Assembly: GCA_965248575.1 (NCBI GenBank)
Contig: CBDFJQ010000002.1
Location: 1,152,001-1,216,000, forward strand
DNA: 64,000 nucleotides
Source of the DNA: Planctomycetota bacterium
GTDB taxonomy: Bacteria; Planctomycetota; B15-G4
Reading direction: 5' to 3'
The translations under genes and the position numbers were made by a program. How positions within the stretch are numbered: position 1 is the stretch's first letter; each line of letters begins with the position of its first letter. The notes below the pieces were generated by a model. The model searched no databases. It was not told where the DNA came from and worked only from the letters and a program-made list of their open reading frames with translations. Of the stretch, positions 54,498 through 63,976 are shown piece by piece.

Positions 54498-56299
54498 AGG
54501 CGCAGCTCACGACGGTCCTGTTGCTCGCGCTGTTCTCACATGGGCTCGGCCTGGCGAATGGCTTCGTGTACGACGACCACCGCTTCGTCGACGGCAATCC
54601 GGCGCTTGCGCGGGTGAGCGTGGCCGACGCCTTCCTGGACGCTGCGACCCAGACGGCCGATCTCGATCGGGATGTGTATCGCCCCTTGCGGCTGCTGGGC
54701 CACGCGTGGGATCTGCGGCACTGGGGGCTCGACCCTTTCGGCTTCCATTTGCATTCCCTGATCGTTCACTTGCTCAACGTCCTCCTGGCGTACGTCGTGC
54801 TGCGCCACCTTCTCGGATCGGAGCGCGACGAGGCCGCGTTCGTGGGTGCTGCGCTGCTCGCGACACACCCGCTTGGGGTCGAGGTCGTGGGTTGGATCTC
54901 GAGCCGGGGTGATCTCTACGCCGCTGGCTTCGGCCTCGTGGCGCTGGGCCTGGGTTGCGTTCGCAGGGCCAAGCCGGGCGTGCTCGTGCTGGCGGCCAGC
55001 GCGGCCTGCCTGGCGACGCTCGGCAAGGAATCCGCTGCCGTGCTTCCTGTCGTTGCTGGGCTGCACGTCTTGCTCGTGGGCCGGCACGGCGGCTCGCCAG
55101 TTGATCCGGACGAGGAACTCGTGGGGCACGAATCCAAGCGGCGACTTCACGGGGTGCCCTGGGGCCCCCTGGCATTGGCTCTTGGGGTGCTGGCCGCCCT
55201 GACCCTGCGCCAGGTCGCGCTTGCTGGTGCTTCACCGGTCCAGACCCCCCCCCACGGAGGCAGCGCCCTGGCCCAGGCGGCCTGGGCCCTCTTCGGCCTG
55301 AGCCAAACCCTGGCGTCAGTCGTGTTTCCGGCGAACCTGTGTGTCGAGTATCCCCAGGACAGCTGGGCGGCAGGGGCCATCCCGGTTTGGATCCGCCCCG
55401 CCACCCTTTTGGGAGTTGGGGTGCTCGTGCTACCGATCCTCTGGGCGCGCCTGGGCCGCCGTAGGGCGGCCTTTCTCGCCGCCTGGGCACTGCTCGCCTA
55501 TCTGCCGTCCAGCAGCTTCCTGGTCACGCTGCGGGACCTGGTTAACGACCGTGGTGCCTACCCCATGCTCCCCGCCTTGGGAGCGCTCCTGGGATTGGCC
55601 TGCGGGGGCCGCCGCGCCGCCGCCTGGCTCGTCGTCCTGGGCCTGGGCATCCCGCTCGCCTTTGCCTCCGTAGAGCGCACAGCAGCCTTCCGTTCGGACA
55701 CTTCGCTGTGGTCAGACGTCTTGGTCAAGAATCCCGGCTCGGTTCGGGCGCACCTGGGTCTGGCGGCCGTCTCCTCCGAGGAGCTGGTTCAACGGGCTCA
55801 CCTGATCCAGGCAACCCAGAACTGTGTGGCGGGGAGCAAGCTCGAGGCAGCAGCGCTGGCCCGGCTCGGCCAGCACCTCCTGCGCAGCACGGGCAACGCC
55901 GAGGCGGCACTCCCGGTCTTGGAGAAGGCACTCGAAGCCGCCCGGTATTGGCAGGCTTTGGAGCGTCCGACGACCGATGCAGAGACCGTCGCCGCGGCAC
56001 TGGCGGAGGCCTATGAGCTGCTGGGTCGTTCCGGCGAGGCGGAGCAGGTTCTGGACCTGGCCTTGGCGGACGCCGCTGCGCAACCTGCCACGGGCCGCTC
56101 CCGCGCGACGGTCTTGCTCGTGCACCGTGCCCTGGTCCGACTCCTCCGGCTGCAGCGTGACCCAAGCTCGGAAGAGAAGACGAAGGCTCTCTGGGAGGCC
56201 GTGCTGGCAGCCGAAACCGCCGCGCCGGAACACCCGCTGGTCACGTCACTACGGGCCTTGATCGCTCAACGCATGAACGAGGCGAGCGACAGCCGCTGA
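54494..56299 (+). CDS. TMTC-like GT-C membrane glycosyltransferase with C-terminal TPRs
   Basis: NGFVYDD, YRPL, FHLHSL..HLLN, HPLGVEVVGWISSR, KES, NDRGAYP, SDTSLW. TTG start overlaps the previous stop. Confidence 0.82.
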   Translation: MKAQLTTVLLLALFSHGLGLANGFVYDDHRFVDGNPALARVSVADAFLDAATQTADLDRDVYRPLRLLGHAWDLRHWGLDPFGFHLHSLIVHLLNVLLAYVVLRHLLGSERDEAAFVGAALLATHPLGVEVVGWISSRGDLYAAGFGLVALGLGCVRRAKPGVLVLAASAACLATLGKESAAVLPVVAGLHVLLVGRHGGSPVDPDEELVGHESKRRLHGVPWGPLALALGVLAALTLRQVALAGASPVQTPPHGGSALAQAAWALFGLSQTLASVVFPANLCVEYPQDSWAAGAIPVWIRPATLLGVGVLVLPILWARLGRRRAAFLAAWALLAYLPSSSFLVTLRDLVNDRGAYPMLPALGALLGLACGGRRAAAWLVVLGLGIPLAFASVERTAAFRSDTSLWSDVLVKNPGSVRAHLGLAAVSSEELVQRAHLIQATQNCVAGSKLEAAALARLGQHLLRSTGNAEAALPVLEKALEAARYWQALERPTTDAETVAAALAEAYELLGRSGEAEQVLDLALADAAAQPATGRSRATVLLVHRALVRLLRLQRDPSSEEKTKALWEAVLAAETAAPEHPLVTSLRALIAQRMNEASDSR

Positions 56300-56339
56300 A
56301 CGTCGCACCACGGAAGGGCCGGACGGGACCCCGCTGAAC

Positions 56340-56936
56340 TCAGCCGCCGGAAGGCGCGCTGGGCGACTCAGGCTTCTCGCCCGGCTTGCCAGGAGCATCT
56401 TGGTTGCCGCTGTTCTGGCCACCACCCTGCTCCCCATCGTTCGGGGCATCGAGTCCCTTGGTCGGCCGGCCCTTCTTGCCCAGGGTCAGCGCCGTCTGGC
56501 CCTTCGGCAACCGGCGCATCGTCGCCACCTTGTCCGCCTTGGGCGCCTTCCTGTTGCGCAACAGCGGCACGGCGTTCTTCTTCTTGTAGGTGGCCATCAT
56601 CCAGAGCGGCTCACCGAAGCGGCCGACACCCTCAATCAGCTCAGGGTGGACGTACAGCGGCGTGCCGCTCTCATCGACGGTCTTGATGGCGCCGTTGTCG
56701 AGCACCCGCCCGTTCCGCTTGTACTCCTCGATCTTCTCCAGGTTCTCCTCCATGATCCGAGCCATCTTCGCCTCCTTTGGGGTCACGGACATGACCTTGG
56801 GCGTCTTGACGGTAGGAGGGATCATGGGGGCGACATCGGGCTCGACGCTCTCCTGGCCAGCGGCCATCCAAGCCACGCCACCCACCAGGGCAGCGATACC
56901 AAACATCACGAGTGCGGAAATCGGGGAGTTCTTCAC
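56340..56936 (-). CDS. Hypothetical membrane-anchored protein
   Basis: N-terminal TM helix and typical codon usage; no recognised domain. Confidence 0.7.
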   Translation of the reverse strand: MKNSPISALVMFGIAALVGGVAWMAAGQESVEPDVAPMIPPTVKTPKVMSVTPKEAKMARIMEENLEKIEEYKRNGRVLDNGAIKTVDESGTPLYVHPELIEGVGRFGEPLWMMATYKKKNAVPLLRNRKAPKADKVATMRRLPKGQTALTLGKKGRPTKGLDAPNDGEQGGGQNSGNQDAPGKPGEKPESPSAPSGG

Positions 56937-57169
56937 GGGAGAAGTACCTGCGTTGGGACTGCGATCGGGGGAGGAGGGCCGTGAACGAGGGTTCAGGGCA
57001 CCCAGGCGCGAGGACGAATGGAGTATACCATCGGCTCGTGCGCGTGCTGCTCTGCGCCAACGCTCCCTGGGCTCTGCTGCCCAGGTGACAGGATCAAATC
57101 CGTCACGTTGGTACGATGCGACGTATCGAGTCGCTGGATCGAATTTCTTGACTCTGGAAGAGACCCCGT

Positions 57170-58285
57170 ATGTCGACCCTCATGTCGAGTGCCCTGCTCT
57201 GCGCTCTGTGGCTCCCCACGGCTGCCATCGCGTCCCAGGCTCCCGTTTCCCTGCCGAATTCGGCTCTTGCTGTCGAGAGTCCGCTGCTCGTTGCAGAGCC
57301 CGCCAACGTGGATTTTGGCGACGTCTTCCAGGGAGAGCAGCTGGTGCAGAAGGTCACCGTCACGAACACCGGTGACGCGGCCTTCCCCCTGGGCAGCATC
57401 CAGACCAGCTGTGGCTGCACGGCAGCCAAGATCATCGGCCCGGACGGCTCCGACTATCCCACCCGCTCTCCGAGCGCCGATCCGATCCTCATCCTGGCTC
57501 CCGCTGAGTCCATGACGGTCATGGTCGAGTTCAACACCACGGGCAAGAACGGGGATGTGAAGCAGACCATGAAGCTGCACCCCGCGGACCCTGCCCACGC
57601 GGCGCTCGAGGTGGGCGTTCACGTGCGGGTGACGAAGGCCCTGCAAGTGACGCCACCTTGGCTCAACCTGAACAAGATCCCCAAGACCGGCCGCATGGAA
57701 GAAATCGTGACCGTCGAGGCCGTCGAGATCGGTGATTGGAAGATCTCCGGCTTCAAGAGCCAGATCGAGAACGTCCCGTTGCCGACCTGGATGACGTTCG
57801 AGGTTCTGGACGAGGAGGGTCCCCGGCGCCGCGTGCGGGTTGTCATCGAGGGCGACCGCCCAGTGGGAGCTTTCTCCACCCGGGTCGCCGTCGAGATCGA
57901 GCACGAGAAGATCAAGCAGGCCGACTTTGCCGTGACGGCCATCGTCGCGCCCAACGTCTCCTTCGACACGGGCAACAGCTCGTTCCAGGACAGCGTGAAC
58001 TTCGAGCACGTGAAAGCGGATGAAACCGTGACCCGCACCATCACCGTGCTGAACAAGGACCCGGCTGTCCCCTACGTCCTGCAAGCGGTCGACTTGCTCA
58101 CCAGTCAGAAGGAGTTCTTCAAGACGAGCATGCGCACCGTCGAGGAAGGCATCTCCTATGAAGTCGACATCACGGTGGATGGCTCCCTGGGGGCTCCCTT
58201 CTTCCGTGGCAGCCTGATCCTGCGGGCTGAGCACCCGGACCTGGCCAACAAGATGATTCCGTTCCACGGGTGGGTGCAGAAGTAA
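57170..58285 (+). CDS. Exported DUF1573 / Ig-like domain protein
   Basis: Signal peptide, VDFGDV, VTNTG, TSCGCTA, LAPAES. Confidence 0.85.
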   Translation: MSTLMSSALLCALWLPTAAIASQAPVSLPNSALAVESPLLVAEPANVDFGDVFQGEQLVQKVTVTNTGDAAFPLGSIQTSCGCTAAKIIGPDGSDYPTRSPSADPILILAPAESMTVMVEFNTTGKNGDVKQTMKLHPADPAHAALEVGVHVRVTKALQVTPPWLNLNKIPKTGRMEEIVTVEAVEIGDWKISGFKSQIENVPLPTWMTFEVLDEEGPRRRVRVVIEGDRPVGAFSTRVAVEIEHEKIKQADFAVTAIVAPNVSFDTGNSSFQDSVNFEHVKADETVTRTITVLNKDPAVPYVLQAVDLLTSQKEFFKTSMRTVEEGISYEVDITVDGSLGAPFFRGSLILRAEHPDLANKMIPFHGWVQK

Positions 58286-58291
58286 TCGCCT

Positions 58292-59947
58292 GTGACCGAA
58301 GCCACCGGTAGTGCAGTTCGACGGACGTCGGCCCCACGCGGCCTCGGCAGCATCCTGGCCGTTGTGGTGGGCTTGTCCATCCTCGTGGGCGGCTGGCTTC
58401 TTTCGCAGGAGCAGAAGCTCACGATCCTGGTGGTGTCGTTGGACACCACCAGGCCCGACCACCTCACGCCCTACGGCTACGACAAGCTGACGACGCCCAC
58501 CCTGGCCCGGCTGGCGGCCGAGGGGACCCGCTTTTCGTCGGCAAGGTCCACCACCTCCTGGACCCTTCCGTCACACATGTCCCTGTTCACGGGGCTTCCG
58601 GCGGATTTGCACAACGTCACCATCGACTTCCAGACGCTCGACCTGGGCCGCCCCACGATGGGGCAGATCTTCAAGCAGGCTGGCTACCAGACCACGGGCA
58701 TCTTCTCCGCCCCGTACCTGCACAGTCGCTTTGGCTTCGCCCGGGGCATGGATTTCTATGAGGCGGCCACGCGTAGCCCGATGGTCTACGACTTGCCACC
58801 CCGGCAGATGGGGAGTGAGGACCGGTCGTCGCAGCTGGAGTTCGTATCCCACCTCGAGGTCACCAGCACCCGCATCCGCACCCAGGCCCTGCAGTCGTTC
58901 TCGGAGGCGCGCATACGGCCCAAGATGTTCATGTTCCTGCACTTCTTCGACCCCCACTACGACTACCTTCCGCCGGCCAAGTTCGCCCGGGAGTTCATCT
59001 CGCCCACCTACCGGGGCCCTGTCAACGGGCAGGGTGTGCTCGCCCAACCCGATGTCATCCACAGCGAGATGCCTGCCGCTGACCTCACGCAACTGCTGGC
59101 GTACTACGACGCCGAGATTCGCTTCGTGGATCAAAACCTCGGTGAAGTCATCCAAGGGATCGAGGACAGCGGCGGCCTGGGCTCCACCATCGTCGTCATC
59201 ACGGGCGACCACGGTGAGGAGTTCTTCGAGCACGGCAAAATCGGCCACCGCACAAGCCTGAGTGAAGAGGTGCTGGCCATCCCCTTGATCTTCTGGGGGC
59301 CCGGCATCATCCCCGAGGGACAGGTCATCGACGATGACGTGGCGCTCTACGACGTCCTGCCGACGCTCATGGATTACGCAGACCTGCCCGAGGACCCCAT
59401 CATCTACGGCCGCAGCCTGCGTCCCTTGATCGAAGGCGGTGCGCTGGAGAAGCGGCCCACGCACGCAGCGTTGACGTTCCTGCACCGAGAAGGCCCCGAG
59501 TACTACACACGGCACGATGCCATCGTCTACGACGGCATGAAATACGTCCGCCGGGTCCGGGTGCCCTGGTCCCCGGATGACCCGATGCGCATCGACAACA
59601 TGCCTGAATACGAGGGTGCGGAGCTGGAGGTGTTCGATCTGCGCGCCGACCCAGGGGAGCAAACCAACCTGTTCGACCGCCGGGGCGAGGACGCCCGGGT
59701 GCGGGGCATCATCAGCGAGTTCGAAGCCGAGCAGCTACGGCAGAAAAGCGCGAAGGAGGCCTTTGAGCCCCGGGGCTTCGACACCCCGGATGGCTTCGCT
59801 CCGAGCGACCACCAGGACTTCATGGACACATTGAGGGGGCTGGGTTACGTCGGCGCCATCAACCAAGCTGATCCCGTCGAGCCGGGCGAGACTCTGGAGG
59901 AAAACCCCTCGCCGCAAGATGCGGAGGGCTCCGGCGAATCGCCCTGA
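58292..59947 (+). CDS. Membrane-anchored sulfatase-like hydrolase
   Basis: VSLDTTRPDHL, SWTLPSHMSLFTG, FLHFFDPHYDY, YDAEI, TGDHGEEF, GH, DVLPT, FDLRADPGEQ, LRGLGY. Confidence 0.9.
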   Translation: MTEATGSAVRRTSAPRGLGSILAVVVGLSILVGGWLLSQEQKLTILVVSLDTTRPDHLTPYGYDKLTTPTLARLAAEGTRFSSARSTTSWTLPSHMSLFTGLPADLHNVTIDFQTLDLGRPTMGQIFKQAGYQTTGIFSAPYLHSRFGFARGMDFYEAATRSPMVYDLPPRQMGSEDRSSQLEFVSHLEVTSTRIRTQALQSFSEARIRPKMFMFLHFFDPHYDYLPPAKFAREFISPTYRGPVNGQGVLAQPDVIHSEMPAADLTQLLAYYDAEIRFVDQNLGEVIQGIEDSGGLGSTIVVITGDHGEEFFEHGKIGHRTSLSEEVLAIPLIFWGPGIIPEGQVIDDDVALYDVLPTLMDYADLPEDPIIYGRSLRPLIEGGALEKRPTHAALTFLHREGPEYYTRHDAIVYDGMKYVRRVRVPWSPDDPMRIDNMPEYEGAELEVFDLRADPGEQTNLFDRRGEDARVRGIISEFEAEQLRQKSAKEAFEPRGFDTPDGFAPSDHQDFMDTLRGLGYVGAINQADPVEPGETLEENPSPQDAEGSGESP

Positions 59948-59955
59948 GGGGCGCC

Positions 59956-60480
59956 CTAGCTGGAGAGCGCGACCGAATCGCCGCCTCGTGAGACGACCTC
60001 GCCCAAGGCCACTTCGGCCTGTTTGAGGACGGTGTCGAAGAAGATCGACTCGTCGCCATCCTGGGTAGACACGCCGACGCTGATGCTGACCCTCAAAGGC
60101 CGGTCATCGACCCGGACGTCCAGCTCCGAGACCCTGTCGTGCAGGCGCTTGCCCAGCAGGCTCGCCCCCTTGGCATCTGTGTGGGGAAGCACCACAACGA
60201 AGCGTTCGCCGAGCCGACCCACGAAGTCGCAGCTGCGGGAGTGACGATTGAGAAGATCAGCCACCGCACCCTCGACGCGATCTCGCGTGTCGGAGCCGTG
60301 CAGGTCGCCCAAGGCACCCAGGCGATCAATCTCGAGCAGGATGCACGACAACTCGTACTGATATCGCCGAGCTCGTGAGAACTCGATCTTCAGCAGATGC
60401 AGGATCTGCGTGTACGAGAAGAGGCCCGCATCCACCTTGTTGTTGGCTCGCTCGTCTCTCACACCCTGATTATCGACCAC
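59956..60480 (-). CDS. Stand-alone GGDEF-domain protein with degenerate active site
   Basis: DAGLFS, EFSRARRY, RSCDFVGRLGERFVVVLP, SISVGVS. GTG 60480 preceded by GGAGG. Confidence 0.85.
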   Translation of the reverse strand: MVDNQGVRDERANNKVDAGLFSYTQILHLLKIEFSRARRYQYELSCILLEIDRLGALGDLHGSDTRDRVEGAVADLLNRHSRSCDFVGRLGERFVVVLPHTDAKGASLLGKRLHDRVSELDVRVDDRPLRVSISVGVSTQDGDESIFFDTVLKQAEVALGEVVSRGGDSVALSS

Positions 60481-60568
60481 GGGCGCCTCCGCCTGAAGAA
60501 CTAAGAAGAGAGCGTTCTGAGAGCACTCCCCGGCCATCGCGGGCCGGCCCTTGCAAACCGCAGCCCAC

Positions 60569-60608
60569 AAAAAAAGTTGGCCCTGCCCGTTGCCGGACAG
60601 AGCCAACT
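60569..60608 (-). terminator. Rho-independent terminator
   Basis: Minus strand AGTTGGCTCTGTCCG-GCAA-CGGGCAGGGCCAACT followed by a T-run. Confidence 0.88.
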
Positions 60609-60728
60609 CAAATGTGGTGGCCAATAGGGCTGGAGATGGCGGTTGGGGAGGGGAAAACGGCTCAAGCCCCACAGACCACCCACGCCAAATGAATGGCATG
60701 GCGAGCCAAGCTAGGCCTGACTCTTGTG
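60569..60728 (-). ncRNA. Putative small RNA or attenuated leader (~160 nt)
   Basis: Bounded by a TTGACA-N17-GATTAT promoter and an intrinsic terminator. Internal long stem with a CU-rich loop. Confidence 0.6.
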
Positions 60729-60733
60729 GGTTC

Positions 60734-60762
60734 ATAATCCTCCATCACCCCCGGCCTGTCAA
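60734..60762 (-). promoter_or_regulatory. Sigma70-type promoter
   Basis: Minus strand TTGACA (60762-60757), 17-bp spacer, GATTAT (60739-60734). Confidence 0.65.
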
Positions 60763-60942
60763 CTTCGCCCACAGGCTTTCCTCAGAGTTTCAACATTCCC
60801 GAAGCTGGACGGATTGGCCCGCGAGCCGGAGATTGAACTTCTGATATCTCGCCCTGAAAAGGCACTCAACGGTCGCACGACTACGCATAGGCCCATTCGA
60901 CGCCCATATCGCACACCGGCCCTGCCCCTGAGGAGGGGGGAC

Positions 60943-61977
60943 TCAGGGCTGCTTGTCCACCGGGCCGCCTTCGGGAGCGCTCGGGAGGGCTTCTTCGCCC
61001 AACAGCTCTGAAACCAGCAGCCGGAAGTCATCCCGCTCTCGCACGCTCACGAGATCGCCATCCTCCAGCATCCATGCCACGTCCAGAAAGCCGTCTTCCA
61101 CAGCCCCGCGCAGCTGCTCAACAGCCCGCCCCCCCTCTCCGCTGAGAGCGGCAATGCACGCGAGGTTGTAGTGAGCCATCCGGGCGTCGACGCCTTCGAG
61201 GTTGGCCGTGAGCTGGCCGAACCACTCGGCGGCTGAGGCGTAGTCGTCGAACTGCTGGTAGTGGTATCCGATGTCGAACCAGACGGTGCGCCCGAAGTAC
61301 TCGTCAAAGCTCCTGAAGGTCGAAATCAGCGGGTCGAGCAGGCTGACCCGACGAGGGAGCACGTATTGCTCCAGGACGGCGATGCGCTCGCGGATCGGCC
61401 CCGGCTGCCCACTCTTCGCCAAGGCAAAACGGGTGTAGCGCGACAGGTCGATGTCGAGTTCGAGGCGGTGCAGATCTTCGTTGAGGGGGCGCGGGGCCTG
61501 GTTCTGCCAATCGCGAGACGCCCGCTGCCACTCCACCCGGAACTCCTCGTCCGGATCGAGCAGGAGAGGTTCCAGCGCGGCTCGCAGTCGTTCACCCTCG
61601 GCGGCCTCCTGCAGCGCCATGACGGCCATGATCCGGATGGTGTGATGCATGGCGCGGTCCTGCGCCACACGCACCAGGTCATCGAAGCGCTCCACCGTCG
61701 CCGCGAACTGCCCATCGTAGAAACCGGGGATCCCACCATCCCGCAGCAGGCCCGCGAGCAGGAACGCGACCTCTGGAGTGTCGTCGAGCCCGGTGCCATC
61801 TCGGCGCTCCGTGCCCCGCTCCAGGTACCACGGAGACGGGTCCGCTTGCTCGCTTCCGGCAGTCTGTTGTTCCTGCGCGAGGGCGCTCCCCACAAGCGCC
61901 CCGCCCAGCAGCAGCACCCCCATCAGCGTCCTCTTCACGAGCAGAAGCAGGCTGGGGAGGGTCGAGTGCTGTCTCAC
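60943..61977 (-). CDS. Exported hypothetical protein with C-terminal TPR
   Basis: Signal peptide. AHYNLACIAALSG..AVEDGF..DGDLVSVR TPR cap. Confidence 0.75.
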   Translation of the reverse strand: MRQHSTLPSLLLLVKRTLMGVLLLGGALVGSALAQEQQTAGSEQADPSPWYLERGTERRDGTGLDDTPEVAFLLAGLLRDGGIPGFYDGQFAATVERFDDLVRVAQDRAMHHTIRIMAVMALQEAAEGERLRAALEPLLLDPDEEFRVEWQRASRDWQNQAPRPLNEDLHRLELDIDLSRYTRFALAKSGQPGPIRERIAVLEQYVLPRRVSLLDPLISTFRSFDEYFGRTVWFDIGYHYQQFDDYASAAEWFGQLTANLEGVDARMAHYNLACIAALSGEGGRAVEQLRGAVEDGFLDVAWMLEDGDLVSVRERDDFRLLVSELLGEEALPSAPEGGPVDKQP

Positions 61978-63176
61978 GGAATGGTGACCTCATGGAAGCG
62001 GCGTTTGCCCACCTGAAGCAGGTGCGTACCACCGGACGAAAGATGCAGCTGCTCATCTTGCACACGCTGGTCGTCCACTCGGACTCCACCGCCCTTGATC
62101 AGGCGGCGCGCCTCCGAGGCAGACGAGGCCAGCTGGATGTGCTGCAGGATACGCACGATCCAGACGCCTTTTCCGGATTCCATCAGCTCCAACGGCAGCG
62201 TTGTCTGCTCAATCTCGTCGGGAACGCCCTTGTCGCGGAAGATGCGGTCGAACTCCTCCGCTGCGGTGCGCGCTGCATCGGCGCCATGATAGAGGCGGGT
62301 CAGCGCGCCAGCCAAAGCGCCCTTGGCCGCTCGAGGCGAACCCGCGAGCAGCTTGAGCGCCTCCTCCTCCGGCACGTCCGTGGCCAGGCGGAAGTACGCT
62401 GGCATGAGTTCGTCCGGAACACTCATGGCCTTTCCGAACATGTCCCTGGGCGGGTCGGTCAGCCCGATGGCATTGCCCAAGCTCTTCGACATCTTCTGCA
62501 CGCCGTCCAAGCCCGGGAGCAGCGGCAGCGTCAGGCAGACTTGGGGTGCCTGACCCGCGCCGCGCATGAGATCGCGCCCCACCAGCAGGTTGAACGTCTG
62601 GTCCGTTCCACCGATCTCCAGGTCGGCCCGCACCTCCACGGAGTCCCGTGCCTGCATCAGCGGGTAGAGGAACTCGTGCATGCTGATGGGGACGCCAGCC
62701 TTGTGCCGCTCAGCGAAGGTGTCCCGCTCCAACATGCGTGCCACCGTCATGGACCCGCACAAGCGCACGGCATCCATGAAGTTCATCTGGTCGAACCACT
62801 GACTGTTCCGAACCACCTCCACCCGATCCATTTCGAGGATCAGCGCGGCCTGCTTGAGGTAGGTCGCCGCGTGCGCATCCACTTCGTCGCGAGTGAGCTG
62901 GGGCCGCGTCACGTTCTTGCCCGTCGGGTCGCCCACCATGGCGGTGGCATCCCCGATGATCAGCACCGCAACATGCCCGAGGTCCTGGAGCCGTCGCAGG
63001 TAGCGCAGCTGCACGGAATGCCCCACATGCAGATCCGGGGAGCTGGGGTCCACGCCGAGCTTGACCCGAAGCGGCTTGCCCTTGGTCACTTTTCGACGCA
63101 GGTCGTCTTCCGTATGGCACGTTACCGTGCCCGCGAGAAGGGGTGACAGGTCGGGGGAGATGTCGCCAGTCGTCAT
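61974..63176 (-). CDS. tyrS: Tyrosine--tRNA ligase
   Basis: KLGVDPSSPDLHVGH, GDPTGK, EFLYPLMQ, GGTDQTFN, KMSKSLGN, C-terminal S4 domain. Confidence 0.97.
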   Translation of the reverse strand: MTTGDISPDLSPLLAGTVTCHTEDDLRRKVTKGKPLRVKLGVDPSSPDLHVGHSVQLRYLRRLQDLGHVAVLIIGDATAMVGDPTGKNVTRPQLTRDEVDAHAATYLKQAALILEMDRVEVVRNSQWFDQMNFMDAVRLCGSMTVARMLERDTFAERHKAGVPISMHEFLYPLMQARDSVEVRADLEIGGTDQTFNLLVGRDLMRGAGQAPQVCLTLPLLPGLDGVQKMSKSLGNAIGLTDPPRDMFGKAMSVPDELMPAYFRLATDVPEEEALKLLAGSPRAAKGALAGALTRLYHGADAARTAAEEFDRIFRDKGVPDEIEQTTLPLELMESGKGVWIVRILQHIQLASSASEARRLIKGGGVRVDDQRVQDEQLHLSSGGTHLLQVGKRRFHEVTIP

Positions 63177-63976
63177 GGCTCCAGGGTTCCAGCCAACCCG
63201 CTCTCCTTCAACCATGCTTCCCACGCAAAGGCCGAGCGGCCATGGGTCTGCCCGGTCATGAAGTGCAGGGCTCCGAAGCCCGCCTCCTGCTGCTGGCCCT
63301 TGAGGCCTGCCAACTGGCCCACGAGCTGCACGATCACGTCCACACGGTGCTCGACAGGTGCCTGCGCCGCCCGCAAGAACAGCTCATCGGGCTCCCGCTC
63401 GTCGACGGGCTGCTCGAACCACTCGGCGAGTGTCCCCGAGGCGGGCCGCGAGAAACTCTCCAAACTGACCGACGGAAACTCCATGCGAACTCCCCCGGAG
63501 CGCACGGACTCGCCGACGACATCCACGGGGTGCAATCGCGCATGGGCCTCGACCCGCCGTGCCAGGACCGAGGCATGTGCCGGGTCCAGCTCCCACAGGA
63601 AGCGGCGACGGAAAGGCTGCCCGAAGCGGGCTTCCCCGTCGTCGCCGAAGGCCGTCGGACGGCTTCGACGCCCGCCGAATGACGTGGGAGTCGTCCCCGC
63701 GAAGTCCTTCCAGGCCACCGTCAGCTGGATCAGGGCATCGTCCACCCCGCGACCCCGGGGACCGCGACCGAGGATCCTGAACAGACCAGGCGTCTTCGGC
63801 TCGATCTGGACTTCGATGTCGAGCGCCGTCACGACGCCCTCACCCTCGCTCTGAGCAGCCAACGAAAGGCTGTTGAGCGTCTCGACGACCGCCACCGGCA
63901 GCGGCTCCTCGTCGTCTCCCGCCGACGCTCCAAAGGGCAGGAGCGAGCACGCCGGCATCCACAGCACCGACGTCAA
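63173..63976 (-). CDS. Hypothetical putative lipoprotein (start may lie at or beyond the window edge)
   Basis: LWMPAC lipobox-like sequence. Stop overlaps the tyrS ATG (ATGA). Confidence 0.6.
   Translation of the reverse strand: MTSVLWMPACSLLPFGASAGDDEEPLPVAVVETLNSLSLAAQSEGEGVVTALDIEVQIEPKTPGLFRILGRGPRGRGVDDALIQLTVAWKDFAGTTPTSFGGRRSRPTAFGDDGEARFGQPFRRRFLWELDPAHASVLARRVEAHARLHPVDVVGESVRSGGVRMEFPSVSLESFSRPASGTLAEWFEQPVDEREPDELFLRAAQAPVEHRVDVIVQLVGQLAGLKGQQQEAGFGALHFMTGQTHGRSAFAWEAWLKESGLAGTLEP

Noticed and set aside
60481..60735. N-terminal extension of the GGDEF ORF from ATG 60735
   Set aside because: That ATG overlaps the predicted -10 box, the region contains a terminator, and a better RBS precedes GTG 60480
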